Notes: generated by a model not told the origin, from the letters alone. A stretch of 47,669 nucleotides of DNA from a virus (IMGVR_UViG_3300020042_005913:1-47669), one strand, 5' to 3'. Positions 1 through 8,882 are shown, counted from the first letter of the stretch. Made by a program: numbers and translations.

Positions 1-190
1 ATAGTGAATGGGCTAGAATGGTGCAAATCACTGGAGAACAGTGAGTTATACACCCAGAAAACGGATAGCGTCTCAAACGCCGGGAAAGGGGCTTTTGCGG
101 GGCTTTGGCTCCGGGGACCCGTCACGGGTCGAACCGGGCGGCGAATGGCTCCAGAGTGGCAGGAATGGATTTTGGAGGTCAACGGAGCTG

Positions 191-228
191 CAACGACTTA
201 CGTGATTCGTTCAACGACTTACGTGATT
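191..228. repeat. 17-bp perfect direct repeat CAACGACTTACGTGATT x2 (21-bp period)
   Basis: Copies at 191-207 and 212-228 in the non-coding left end. Confidence 0.9.
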
Positions 229-260
229 GGGTGAATTGGTTCCGTCCTACGGACGGAAAA

Positions 261-412
261 CGCCGGTTGTACGGTCACCGCCGGTCACCCCGGAAAACGC
301 CGGTCGCCCGGTCACCCCGTCACCCCGCCGCCGCCGCCGCCGGTCACCGCATCGCCGCATCGCCGCATCGCCGGTCGCCCCGTGCCGCCGTCGCCGGTCA
401 CCCCGTGCCGCC
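261..412. repeat. GC-rich, C-skewed short-repeat tract (GGTCRCC x7, CGCATCGC x3, CGC run)
   Basis: GGTCRCC starts at 273, 283, 302, 310, 342, 373 and 396. The overlapping ORFs are low-complexity artefacts. Confidence 0.8.
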
Positions 413-559
413 ATTTTTGCCGCTCTATCTAGACAGCCACAGGGGGGGAGGGGGTCAGCGGCGCGTGCGGTCGCGCATATTATATAGATTCAGTCGCTAA
501 GATTTTTTCTTGCAATGCGCTATCCCCCATCCCCTTACGCCCCAAAACCCCCTACTGCC

Positions 560-588
560 TTGACGTATCCAATTACTTCCCTTAACTT
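560..588 (+). promoter_or_regulatory. sigma70-like promoter TTGACG-N17-TAACTT, probably giving a leaderless mRNA starting near ATG 596
   Basis: -35 at 560-565, -10 at 583-588; the ATG follows 7 nt after the -10. Confidence 0.5.
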
Positions 589-595
589 TTCGGCC

Positions 596-1090
596 ATGTC
601 GGAATTACGAGCTAGGGCAGTGCGTATAAACGGCCTAAAAGGGGGACGTCCCAAGGGCTATCAACCTCCCAAGTTTGTGCTGGATACCGAAAGCGTGATT
701 GACGAGGTAGCATCTAAGATCCTAGCTGGTAAGCCAATAACCTGCGTAGCCCCGACTGCGTCGGGGGTAATAAAAAGCGACGACCGCAAACGTATGACCG
801 CAATTCTTGGCACCACCTTAGAGGAGTTTAACACCCGCATGGGCGAGAAACTCGCCATCCTATCCGACAAAATAGTTAAGCGGATCGAGGAGAAGATAGA
901 CGACGACAAGTTTAAGACTGGGGAGCTAGGCTTCATCTTCAGCGTGACTGAGGACAAGCGACGGGCTCTTGATGTACGCAGCCAACTCGGTGCTGCTCAG
1001 GTGAATATTCAGGTGAATCACTACGGGGACCGCAGCCGCGAAGAGATTATGGCCGACTTGAACATCATAAAAAAGCCCATAGACGTATGA
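596..1090 (+). CDS. putative terminase small subunit
   Basis: N-terminal NGLKGGRPKG motif, helical body and C-terminal VNIQVN beta-strand typical of TerS-like proteins; first gene after the non-coding end. Start moved from 515 to ATG 596. Confidence 0.45.
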   Translation: MSELRARAVRINGLKGGRPKGYQPPKFVLDTESVIDEVASKILAGKPITCVAPTASGVIKSDDRKRMTAILGTTLEEFNTRMGEKLAILSDKIVKRIEEKIDDDKFKTGELGFIFSVTEDKRRALDVRSQLGAAQVNIQVNHYGDRSREEIMADLNIIKKPIDV

Positions 1091-1512
1091 CCCTCGAAGA
1101 AATAAAAGCTAGGAATCGGCTCACCAAGGTACGTAGGATGGTAAGGGAGTTTATCTTAGCCGACAAACTGGACCGGGCCAAAGACCTTTGCTCCCTAAAT
1201 AACTTGGTGTTGAACGACTGCCTGCTGGACGCCGTGTACGGTGCCCCAGAAGTTATCACCAAGAAGGACAGTCCTCCCGTCAGTGAGCCTAAACCGGAAC
1301 CGGAACCTGAACCCGTCGCGGTTAAGGACTCCCAACAGCCTGTCGTAGCCGAGGTTTATTCCAAGCCTATCAATCCCCGGTTAATCGGGATTATCCTTCC
1401 AGATGGTGAGAAGTCCCTTCTGTGGAAAACCCGTAACCACTCCATAGGTTCTAAGATACTAGTAAGGTTAGAAGAAGAAGTAGGAGATACTTCTTATTAT
1501 AGGGAAATTTAA
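1087..1512 (+). CDS. hypothetical protein with PE-repeat linker
   Basis: 141-aa ORF with ATGA overlap to the upstream gene. Confidence 0.7.
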   Translation: MTLEEIKARNRLTKVRRMVREFILADKLDRAKDLCSLNNLVLNDCLLDAVYGAPEVITKKDSPPVSEPKPEPEPEPVAVKDSQQPVVAEVYSKPINPRLIGIILPDGEKSLLWKTRNHSIGSKILVRLEEEVGDTSYYREI

Positions 1513-1513
1513 A

Positions 1514-2131
1514 GTGCCCCACCACTGTCTCAATGCCAGTGTACCCCAGCAGTTGTACGGGTACGTGGAAAAAGGTATCCTACGTGGGGACGTTATAACC
1601 TCAAGCACCCTTGATCGGTGTGTCGTATTTGGGGTAACTTCTATACCTTCTAGAGCCCTGCATTTTAGCATCCTTACGGAAGCTGGGTCCCAATGGGCAA
1701 GGATCCCACTGCACAAGCTCAGGCATGAGCAGCCTACCTCCGACAAAGTCCATGACCTGCCACAGTTACAATCGTGGGATTCCCACGGCTGGGACTTCAG
1801 TGTCACCCAGTACGAGTACCTGCGCGAGATGGGTTGCCACTACCGCAGCCGGGACGGGGTGATGGTCCCGGCAAGCTACTGGTTCACCTTGGACCACACC
1901 GACAACGGCTACAGCCAGTACCCGCCGGAGCACAAGTGCTACCATCTCCTGTTGCTGGATGATGGCAGCGGTCAGATTGCTGCCCAGCCTAACAACCGCA
2001 TCCTGTGGCGCGACGACAGCTTCGTGCGGCCTAGCCCCGGCACCATTGAGCAGTACCGTGTGATGCCCGAGAAAACGTGGCACGCTGAACTGGGACGCAA
2101 CGCTGACCTCAACAAGATGGCGAAGGAGTGA
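1514..2131 (+). CDS. conserved phage hypothetical protein
   Basis: 205 aa. Motifs WARIPL, LQSWD, YWFTLD, PEHK and GQIAAQPNNRILW resemble a widespread phage family of unknown function (recalled, not searched). Confidence 0.7.
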   Translation: MPHHCLNASVPQQLYGYVEKGILRGDVITSSTLDRCVVFGVTSIPSRALHFSILTEAGSQWARIPLHKLRHEQPTSDKVHDLPQLQSWDSHGWDFSVTQYEYLREMGCHYRSRDGVMVPASYWFTLDHTDNGYSQYPPEHKCYHLLLLDDGSGQIAAQPNNRILWRDDSFVRPSPGTIEQYRVMPEKTWHAELGRNADLNKMAKE

Positions 2132-2379
2132 CCCGCCCACTTATGACCCTCCTATCCACCGGACCCGACCGGGAACACAAGCTCCGCATCAAGCCCCAAG
2201 CAGACCGCGTCCGGGCAATTCTTGCCGCTTTGCCCTGCCCCGGCATTACCGAGATACAGTTTGACCCCGGTGAATGGAAACCCTCAAACCGGTTCTATTC
2301 ATACGAGGGGGTCAAGCAGGGTAAGGTTTATTCCCTCCGTAATTACGGGGGTAAAACCTACGTCTTCCGTTTGGTATAA
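2128..2379 (+). CDS. hypothetical protein
   Basis: 83 aa with GTGA overlap; last gene of the operon, converging on tRNA-Leu. Confidence 0.55.
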   Translation: MTRPLMTLLSTGPDREHKLRIKPQADRVRAILAALPCPGITEIQFDPGEWKPSNRFYSYEGVKQGKVYSLRNYGGKTYVFRLV

Positions 2380-2385
2380 CGGTAG

Positions 2386-2468
2386 TGCCCGGAGCGGGGG
2401 TCGAACCCGCACGCTCTTACGAGCAAGGGATTTTAAGTCCCTAGTGTCTGCCATTTCACCACCCGGAC
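2386..2468 (-). tRNA. trnL: tRNA-Leu(TAA), CCA not encoded
   Basis: Acceptor GTCCGGG/TCCGGGC+A, D arm GTG-AAATGGCAGA-CAC, anticodon arm AGGGA-CTTAAAA-TCCCT, long variable arm GCTC-GTAA-GAGC, T arm GCGGG-TTCGACC-CCCGC. Confidence 0.95.
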
Positions 2469-2474
2469 CAACCC

Positions 2475-3446
2475 CTATCCTATCCGGGCCAGATAGGAGG
2501 CAAGGCCGTTCTCTGAGACCAAGATACCAAGGACGTTGTTTTCGTAGACCGTGTCCGAGGTGGTGATTCTTACCGCTTGTTCGGGGTAGCGAAGGTTCTG
2601 CCAATTGGCTTCGCCAAAGGTGCCGTCGTGATTGCGCCGGATACGGGCGAAGGCTGCTCCGTCCGCGTCCGTCTTGCTGGCGAAACCAGCGGCGATGTTG
2701 TAGCCGCCCGGAGATTCGGTGATGCCCTCGAAGTGGGTCACTAGGCTGCTGATTTTCTCGTTGTTCCCCTGATAGGCACGGAAGTTGGTCATTTTCTTCG
2801 TGCGGCTATTCCAATCGGCAAGGAACGCCTGAGACGCACTGCCCAAATCCTTTGAGGTAAACCCACCCGCAAGGGTATAGTTCTCCTTACCGTTATGCCA
2901 GATGCCGTACAGCGTCGTGGTCAGTGCATTCGGGGCCAGAATGTAATCAAACGACTTGCTCGCAATGTCGTAGATGAACGCAAAGCCGTTTGTCAGCTTG
3001 GTGTCGTAGTTGCCAACCGCCAGCCCACCCATAATGCTGTGGACGTAGACGTTCTTGGTGTCGCCGTTATTAGGCGAGATGGTCGTCCAACTGCCCGAGC
3101 CATTGAGCGGGCCTTGGTACAGGCACCCGAGCGCAGAAGACCCGGTGGAGGTACGCTTGTACGACCCGACCCACTCGATGCCCAACGGGTGGTTATTCGG
3201 CCCGTAGCATGAGGTGTTAACCACGTCGCTGAAGTCTGGGCTGGTGTAGGCAAATTGATACCACTGGCCTTGGCTACCGTTGTGCGAAAGCGGGCCACAA
3301 TAGATCAGGCCATACTGGAGTGACCCGGTGTCGAGCGTCCCAGAGACAAAAACTTGAGCCGAACCGTCAACTCCCCGGATACCTTGGATGCCGGTTTTAC
3401 CAGTGGCTGGGCAATTGAAAGGCGAGTAGGTGACAGGTAGGTTCAT
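2475..3446 (-). CDS. hypothetical beta-rich (propeller-like) protein
   Basis: 323 aa, Gly/Tyr/Trp-rich repeats (YGP, VGSY, VGNYD, YGIW, HFEGI). Confidence 0.75.
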   Translation of the reverse strand: MNLPVTYSPFNCPATGKTGIQGIRGVDGSAQVFVSGTLDTGSLQYGLIYCGPLSHNGSQGQWYQFAYTSPDFSDVVNTSCYGPNNHPLGIEWVGSYKRTSTGSSALGCLYQGPLNGSGSWTTISPNNGDTKNVYVHSIMGGLAVGNYDTKLTNGFAFIYDIASKSFDYILAPNALTTTLYGIWHNGKENYTLAGGFTSKDLGSASQAFLADWNSRTKKMTNFRAYQGNNEKISSLVTHFEGITESPGGYNIAAGFASKTDADGAAFARIRRNHDGTFGEANWQNLRYPEQAVRITTSDTVYENNVLGILVSENGLASYLARIG

Positions 3447-3455
3447 AAAGTTTCT

Positions 3456-3689
3456 TTACCGGTATCCGGCAGTCTTCTTGGCAATGGACTTAGGCTGGGC
3501 TACGAATTGCTTACCCGCCTTCATCCCTTTTTTCTTAGCGGCGTTAGTGGCGGCAATCTCAGCCTTGCTCAGACCTTTAAATGCGTTGTCTGGCAAATAC
3601 CTCTCTCCGGTTTTAAGGCTTGGTTTACCGGAGGCAGTGCGCCACTTCTGATTACCCCAGTCCAAAAGATCCTGTTGCTGGGGTTTCAT
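3456..3689 (-). CDS. basic protein, DUF5872-like (C-terminal half)
   Basis: Motifs W..QKWRT, TGERYLP, ATNAAKKKG and GKQFVAQP. Confidence 0.7.
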   Translation of the reverse strand: MKPQQQDLLDWGNQKWRTASGKPSLKTGERYLPDNAFKGLSKAEIAATNAAKKKGMKAGKQFVAQPKSIAKKTAGYR

Positions 3690-3868
3690 CAGGTTGTGTA
3701 GCCGCCGCCATTTTTCTTGTAGTTAGTGGCTAACAGTTGGGCCTTGCGGGCACTCCATTGACCGGGGTTGCCGCCCTTAGTACCAGCCTTAATCGTGTTA
3801 AACAGACGCTTTCGCATCGTTGGCTTGGTGTAAACACCAGCCGAGTTTACCGTGGATTTGGATTTCAT
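3689..3868 (-). CDS. basic protein, DUF5872-associated (N-terminal half)
   Basis: YTKPTMRKRL...KGGNPGQWSARKAQLLA..YKKNGGGY; likely start is ATG 3868. Confidence 0.7.
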   Translation of the reverse strand: MKSKSTVNSAGVYTKPTMRKRLFNTIKAGTKGGNPGQWSARKAQLLATNYKKNGGGYTT

Positions 3869-3869
3869 G

Positions 3870-4559
3870 TTAGAAGTCTTCGTCCTCCATTGGCTTCTTA
3901 CCAATGATAGTGATTTGCGTTACCGGTACTTTCTTCATGCGGGACTTAGCTCGGGGCATATCCTCTTCCTCCATGTCCATGTCCATGTCCATCGGCTTGT
4001 CCTCCTCCTCCTCCTTCATCTCCTCGCTATCGGGAAGGATGAGGATGGTATTAGGCTCCCGCTCCTCCATGTACTTCTTTAAGGATTCCTCGTCGTGTGT
4101 GTTAGCCATCATGTGCTTAGAGGGGGTAAACGTGTCCATGTTATCGTCGTCCTTACCCCAACTCCCACCCATGTAATTGCCACCATGCGGAGCAATGGTG
4201 CCGCTGTACTTGGACTCATCGCTAAAGGTGGGATGGTTAGGCTTCTTAAACATGTCGCTACCATGACCAGACTTCGCGTCGGCATGAGCACCAGCCTTCC
4301 AAAAACCACGCAAGTCGTAGTCCTCTAAGTCTCGGAGGAGATCTCGCCCTTTAATTTCCGACTGCTTTTCGACCCAGCTTTGAAACTTTTCTTCCGCTTG
4401 AGGCGATAGATCGGTGTTATAGTTGTCAGTGTAAAAGGTTTCATCCCCGGACTCTTCTTCGGGAGCCTCTTCGTCCATCTTTTTAGACTTAGCTTTAGGC
4501 AAGTCGAGAGGGATGATTTCACCAAAGAGATCAAGTTCATCAGGAATTTTTTTGTGCAT
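3870..4559 (-). CDS. acidic hypothetical protein with conserved YDLRGFW...KKPNHPTFS core
   Basis: 229 aa; globular-looking core flanked by Asp/Glu/Met-rich tails. Confidence 0.8.
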   Translation of the reverse strand: MHKKIPDELDLFGEIIPLDLPKAKSKKMDEEAPEEESGDETFYTDNYNTDLSPQAEEKFQSWVEKQSEIKGRDLLRDLEDYDLRGFWKAGAHADAKSGHGSDMFKKPNHPTFSDESKYSGTIAPHGGNYMGGSWGKDDDNMDTFTPSKHMMANTHDEESLKKYMEEREPNTILILPDSEEMKEEEEDKPMDMDMDMEEEDMPRAKSRMKKVPVTQITIIGKKPMEDEDF

Positions 4560-4761
4560 GTCAGGGGCAAGATTATTTAACCAGATAGAGTTTACGCAAA
4601 GAGTGATTAATTTCTTTGGTTAGGGAACGACTGTTCTTAAATGCACTGGTTATAATGCGGGTTTCCAAAGCTTGGTCAATTCTAACTTGCAAAGGCAGCT
4701 TACGGATTTTTACTTTCACAACTTGACGGTGGGGATGAATTCCCCAGTGTCAATGTGGTAA
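4560..4761. promoter_or_regulatory. AT-rich divergent promoter region
   Basis: Leftward TTGCGT-N18-TAATCT (4599-4570), rightward TTGCAA-N18-TACTTT (4687-4716), and an 11/13 inverted repeat at 4723-4753 just before terL. Confidence 0.5.
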
Positions 4762-6396
4762 ATGAAAGACCTATCTGTTTTTGCGGATCAGTATAAACCG
4801 AATTTCGGAATGGATTGGTCGCCCCCCGCTACAGAAGCAGAATTAGCTGCGCTATCGCACTCCGACTTGGCTAAGTATGCCACGGCTCGCAAGTACGCGG
4901 AGCAAAGGGCTGACATAAATCCAGTGGGTTCTGGATGGGTGCTGCCGTCATGGCGCAAGGCCATGGAAGCTTGGTCCAAGTATAGCATCATAGTTATCCT
5001 AGGAGGACAGCGTTCTGGTAAGTCCATGTTTGCCTCCCGCCTATGCGTGTGGGCGGCTGGCACTATCCCTCAAGCCGAGGTCAGAGCTTACCATGTCAAC
5101 GAAGACCGGTCCATCGAGGACCAGCAACGCTTCATCTGGGACGCGCTACCCGTTGGGATTAAAAATCTGCCCACCAAGAAGGGTATCCATCACTCTGTGC
5201 AGTACAGTCAGAAGAATGGTTTCACAGATAACGTCTGCATCTTACCTCCCCATCCCGGAGCGCGAAGGGGAGGGGTTATAAAGTTTGGAAACTACCGGCA
5301 GTACCAGCAGGACGCGCAAGTAACCGAGGGGTTCAAGTCACACGTTATCTGGTGTGACGAAGAGCTACCGGCTAAGATGTTCGAGACGCTAATCTATCGC
5401 ACCATTGACCATCATGGTAGGTTAATCCTTACGTTTACGACCTTGTCCGGATGGACTTCGTTGATTCAGGATATTCTGGGTAAGACCCGTACCCTTGAAA
5501 AAAGATTTTCTTCGCTAGTGGGTCGAGAGCTACCGGTAATTCAAGAAAGCCTGTCTCGACCGGGAGCAGGTATTTTTTATTTCTGGACCGAGGATAATGC
5601 CTTTATTGATACGGGGGATTTTTTAGACAAGATAAAGAGCCGACCCAAGGATGAGATCCTTGCTCGGGCTCATGGCATTCCTACCAAGGCTATCTCAGGA
5701 GCGTTCCCCGGATTTAACAAGGACGTCAATGTCGTGCCTCACGACCAGATGCCTTGGATTAAAAATCCGGACTACGCTGTTACCCGGTTCATGGCTATCG
5801 ACCCTGCGGGTTCTAAAAACTGGTTCATGCTCTGGGTAGCTATCGATGCCGATAACACTTGGTGGGTATACCGTGAGTGGCCTGACTATGACGACTGGGC
5901 ATTGCCCGGTAGCACCATTGAAGGTAAGGCTGGCCCAGCTCAGAAAGGATCCCGTAAGGGGATTAAGGATTACGTGGAGCTAATCCTTAACATGGAAGAG
6001 GGTGAAATTATCTTGGAACGCTTAATCGACCCCCGATTGGGAGCGGCGGAGAAACAAAGTGCTGATGGAGCCACGACCATTATCAGCGACCTAGACGATG
6101 CAGGTATGACCGTGATACCCGCACCGGGGGTGGACATAGAAAACGGGCTACAACTCATAACCAACAAACTAGCGTACGATGACTCGGCTAAGATAACGAG
6201 CATCAATGCCCCTAAGTTGTATGTCAGTGAGCGGTGTCATAACATCATATACGCCTTGCAGGAATACACCGCATCGGGTGGTAAGAACGAAGCCACTAAG
6301 GATCCCGTCGATTGTTTGCGTTACATTGCTGTTTCCAATCCTGATTTTATGGATAACAAAGAACCTGATAGATACAACCGAACCGGAGTCTACTAA
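4762..6396 (+). CDS. terL: terminase large subunit
   Basis: Walker A GGQRSGKS, Walker B VIWCDEE, motif C LTFT, RNase H-like AIDPAG and KDPVDCLRY. Confidence 0.93.
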   Translation: MKDLSVFADQYKPNFGMDWSPPATEAELAALSHSDLAKYATARKYAEQRADINPVGSGWVLPSWRKAMEAWSKYSIIVILGGQRSGKSMFASRLCVWAAGTIPQAEVRAYHVNEDRSIEDQQRFIWDALPVGIKNLPTKKGIHHSVQYSQKNGFTDNVCILPPHPGARRGGVIKFGNYRQYQQDAQVTEGFKSHVIWCDEELPAKMFETLIYRTIDHHGRLILTFTTLSGWTSLIQDILGKTRTLEKRFSSLVGRELPVIQESLSRPGAGIFYFWTEDNAFIDTGDFLDKIKSRPKDEILARAHGIPTKAISGAFPGFNKDVNVVPHDQMPWIKNPDYAVTRFMAIDPAGSKNWFMLWVAIDADNTWWVYREWPDYDDWALPGSTIEGKAGPAQKGSRKGIKDYVELILNMEEGEIILERLIDPRLGAAEKQSADGATTIISDLDDAGMTVIPAPGVDIENGLQLITNKLAYDDSAKITSINAPKLYVSERCHNIIYALQEYTASGGKNEATKDPVDCLRYIAVSNPDFMDNKEPDRYNRTGVY

Positions 6397-6398
6397 CT

Positions 6399-6500
6399 AT
6401 GAATAAGCCTAAAAATATATCCGCCCATGCTTGGGCAAAACATAAAAAGCTAACCGCCCAGAAGGGCAAAAGGCTATTGACAAACCGTTTTAAATGGTAA
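6399..6500 (+). CDS. small basic hypothetical protein (33 aa, MNKPKNISAHAWAKHKKLTAQKGKRLLTNRFKW)
   Basis: ATG 2 nt after the terL stop; fills the terL-portal gap; not in the supplied ORF track. Confidence 0.4.
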   Translation: MNKPKNISAHAWAKHKKLTAQKGKRLLTNRFKW

Positions 6501-6513
6501 AAAGCTGCTTAAT

Positions 6514-8628
6514 ATGAGTTCTTATGATGGTAGCGATTCTCCCGCTACCGACTCTAGCTTACAAGAAGCCCCTCCGGAAGGCTCCGGTCCGGATTTTGGT
6601 ACGATAAAAAAATCCTTCGAGGATTGCGTAGCTAATCTACAGCCGTACGTGGACCAATGCCGGGATAATTACGAGACCCGGTACGCTATCTGGAATGGTC
6701 AAAGTTCTGATGGGCGGAAGCATTCCCGAGAAGGGTCTAAGATTGACCCCACTCCGTGGGACGGAGCTTCGGATCTTCGGGTATTCCTTACTGACGAGGC
6801 CATTAACGCCAAGGTGGCTATGCAATGCATGGCTTTTCGTAGGGCCAATATCGTAGCTATTCCGGTAGAGGGTAACGATTTAAAGCGGGCTAAAACGGTC
6901 AGCGGTTTTATGCGATGGTTAGTACAGACTCAGATTCCGGAAATCGACCGGGAGGTAGAGTTGCTGGCAAACTACGTGTACGAAAAGGGGATCGGTATTA
7001 CCGGGCAATTCTGGGAGGTGGTTAAAGAAAAGACTCTGGCTACGATAACGCTCGACCAGCTACAGCAGCAGTTCCCAACGATGGATGTTCTGATGATCAT
7101 TCAGAACCCGGATACTGCCGCTAGCATGGCGGCTATATTCGAGGAAGTCTATCAATGCTCTAATCGGAAAGCCAAGAAGATGATATCGGAACTTCTTGCG
7201 ACCCAAGAAACCACGGTACCAGTAGTAGGTAGGGAGAGGTCCCGTCCGGTAGTTAGAGCTTTTAACCTAGACGAGAATTTATTCATACCTCATTTTGCTA
7301 CGGATTTAGAAACTGCCCCGGCAATCTACCGGGTGCAGTACTTTACGGCGGAGCAACTAAGAGCTTTTGTCCTAAACGAGGATTGGGACGAGGAGTGGGT
7401 GGAAGCGGCTATCTCTACCTGCCGAGGTAGGATGCTTACTATTATCCCCAGCGAGTACACCAAGACAGGTTCTCGGGCGTTCTCGTTTTTGCAGACTGAG
7501 TTCTCTACCTTGATTGGGGTAGTGTATGCATACCAGCGTCTGAGCGACGAAGACGGGGTTCCCGGAGTGTACTTAACGATATTCCATCCGGATTTGCCCC
7601 CGGACGTAAGTCACATGGGGTACGCCAAGTACGGTCTTTTAGGATATGCTCATGGTAAGTACCCTTTTGTGCTGCATCGTCGGGAATTCTTGTCCCGTAG
7701 ATTGCATGACAGCCGGGGCATCCCTGAACCGGGTAAGCCTATTCAGGACCAGATTAAGGTACACAAGGATTCCCGAGTAGACGCTGCATCGTTAGCGGTC
7801 TTACCACCAATGGGTTATCCCGTAGGTCGGCCTCCGGGTAGATGGGGTGCAGGAGCTAGGGTTCCAGAACGTAGGCCGGGTGAGTACCACTTCATGGACC
7901 GTCCCATGCCCGACAACATCACGGAGAATAGCGAGGCGTTGCTCCGGGACGACTTTAACCAGTACAATAGCTTTTCGTCCAAAGGAGGAGACGCTCAATT
8001 TGCGTTAATTAAAAACCAGTTTGAGACCGATAAGTTTATGTCCAGTTGGGCCAAAGCCTTTGGGCAAATCTGGTCTTTATACCAGCAATACGGGTCAGAG
8101 CAGGTGTACTTCCGGGTAGTTGGTCTACGTCAATTGGAGCCTATCGAATTCAACAAGGGGGATCAGGGTGAAGAGTTTGATTTTATCCTGAGCTTCCGGG
8201 TGGACTCGATGGACACAGATGCATCTTTCCAACGGCTGGAGCAGATTGCAAAAATTGTAGCCACCGCAAATAGGGACGGCATCGTTGACTACTCGGAATG
8301 GCTGCAAGTTATGATTGAGGCGGTAGACCCCACTATTGCGGAACGTATCCTCATACCCAAGGAGGTGGGTCAGGAAAAAGCGGTTAAGGAAATTCAAGAC
8401 ACCCTTGCTAAAGTGTACGCTGGTCAGGACCATGATATCAAAGAAGGCACTCCTCCAGAAGTGGGTATGTCTACCATTCAGAACTACATACAAAGCGACC
8501 CTACGGTACAAGCTAGGATGCAAAACAAAGAAGACCCCTTCGGTATGCGTATCGAGAAGCTCATGAAACAACTTGAGTTCCAAGTAACTCAGCAGAACAA
8601 CGCCCAGATTGGGCGTATGGGGGCATAA
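6514..8628 (+). CDS. portal protein
   Basis: 704 aa directly after terL; PWDGASD and YPFV...SRGIPE motifs and a helical C-terminus typical of podovirus portals. Confidence 0.85.
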   Translation: MSSYDGSDSPATDSSLQEAPPEGSGPDFGTIKKSFEDCVANLQPYVDQCRDNYETRYAIWNGQSSDGRKHSREGSKIDPTPWDGASDLRVFLTDEAINAKVAMQCMAFRRANIVAIPVEGNDLKRAKTVSGFMRWLVQTQIPEIDREVELLANYVYEKGIGITGQFWEVVKEKTLATITLDQLQQQFPTMDVLMIIQNPDTAASMAAIFEEVYQCSNRKAKKMISELLATQETTVPVVGRERSRPVVRAFNLDENLFIPHFATDLETAPAIYRVQYFTAEQLRAFVLNEDWDEEWVEAAISTCRGRMLTIIPSEYTKTGSRAFSFLQTEFSTLIGVVYAYQRLSDEDGVPGVYLTIFHPDLPPDVSHMGYAKYGLLGYAHGKYPFVLHRREFLSRRLHDSRGIPEPGKPIQDQIKVHKDSRVDAASLAVLPPMGYPVGRPPGRWGAGARVPERRPGEYHFMDRPMPDNITENSEALLRDDFNQYNSFSSKGGDAQFALIKNQFETDKFMSSWAKAFGQIWSLYQQYGSEQVYFRVVGLRQLEPIEFNKGDQGEEFDFILSFRVDSMDTDASFQRLEQIAKIVATANRDGIVDYSEWLQVMIEAVDPTIAERILIPKEVGQEKAVKEIQDTLAKVYAGQDHDIKEGTPPEVGMSTIQNYIQSDPTVQARMQNKEDPFGMRIEKLMKQLEFQVTQQNNAQIGRMGA

Positions 8629-8882
8629 TGGAAAACACCAACTACAACGAGGACCGGAACCTAGCAGGCATTTCCGAAGCTATGGTGGAGCTGGCGAGGA
8701 ATTCTAACTTCGCAGTTTTCATCGAGGCTATAAAAGCCCAAAGGGAAGTAGTCATCGAAGACTTATGCTCTGATGAAGTAGTAAAGAATGAGCGGGCTAC
8801 CTTGGTAGCTATCGGGGAGCTCCGGACCTATAAATCTATCCTAGCTACATACTCGGAGCTTATTGCCCGAAAAGAATTTTAG
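8628..8882 (+). CDS. small helical head-associated hypothetical protein
   Basis: 84 aa between portal and scaffold, TAATG overlap. Confidence 0.7.
   Translation: MENTNYNEDRNLAGISEAMVELARNSNFAVFIEAIKAQREVVIEDLCSDEVVKNERATLVAIGELRTYKSILATYSELIARKEF

Noticed and set aside
4-500. ORFs of 76-131 aa at the left end
   Set aside because: They translate GC-rich repeats into Arg/Pro low-complexity sequence, with no supporting features.
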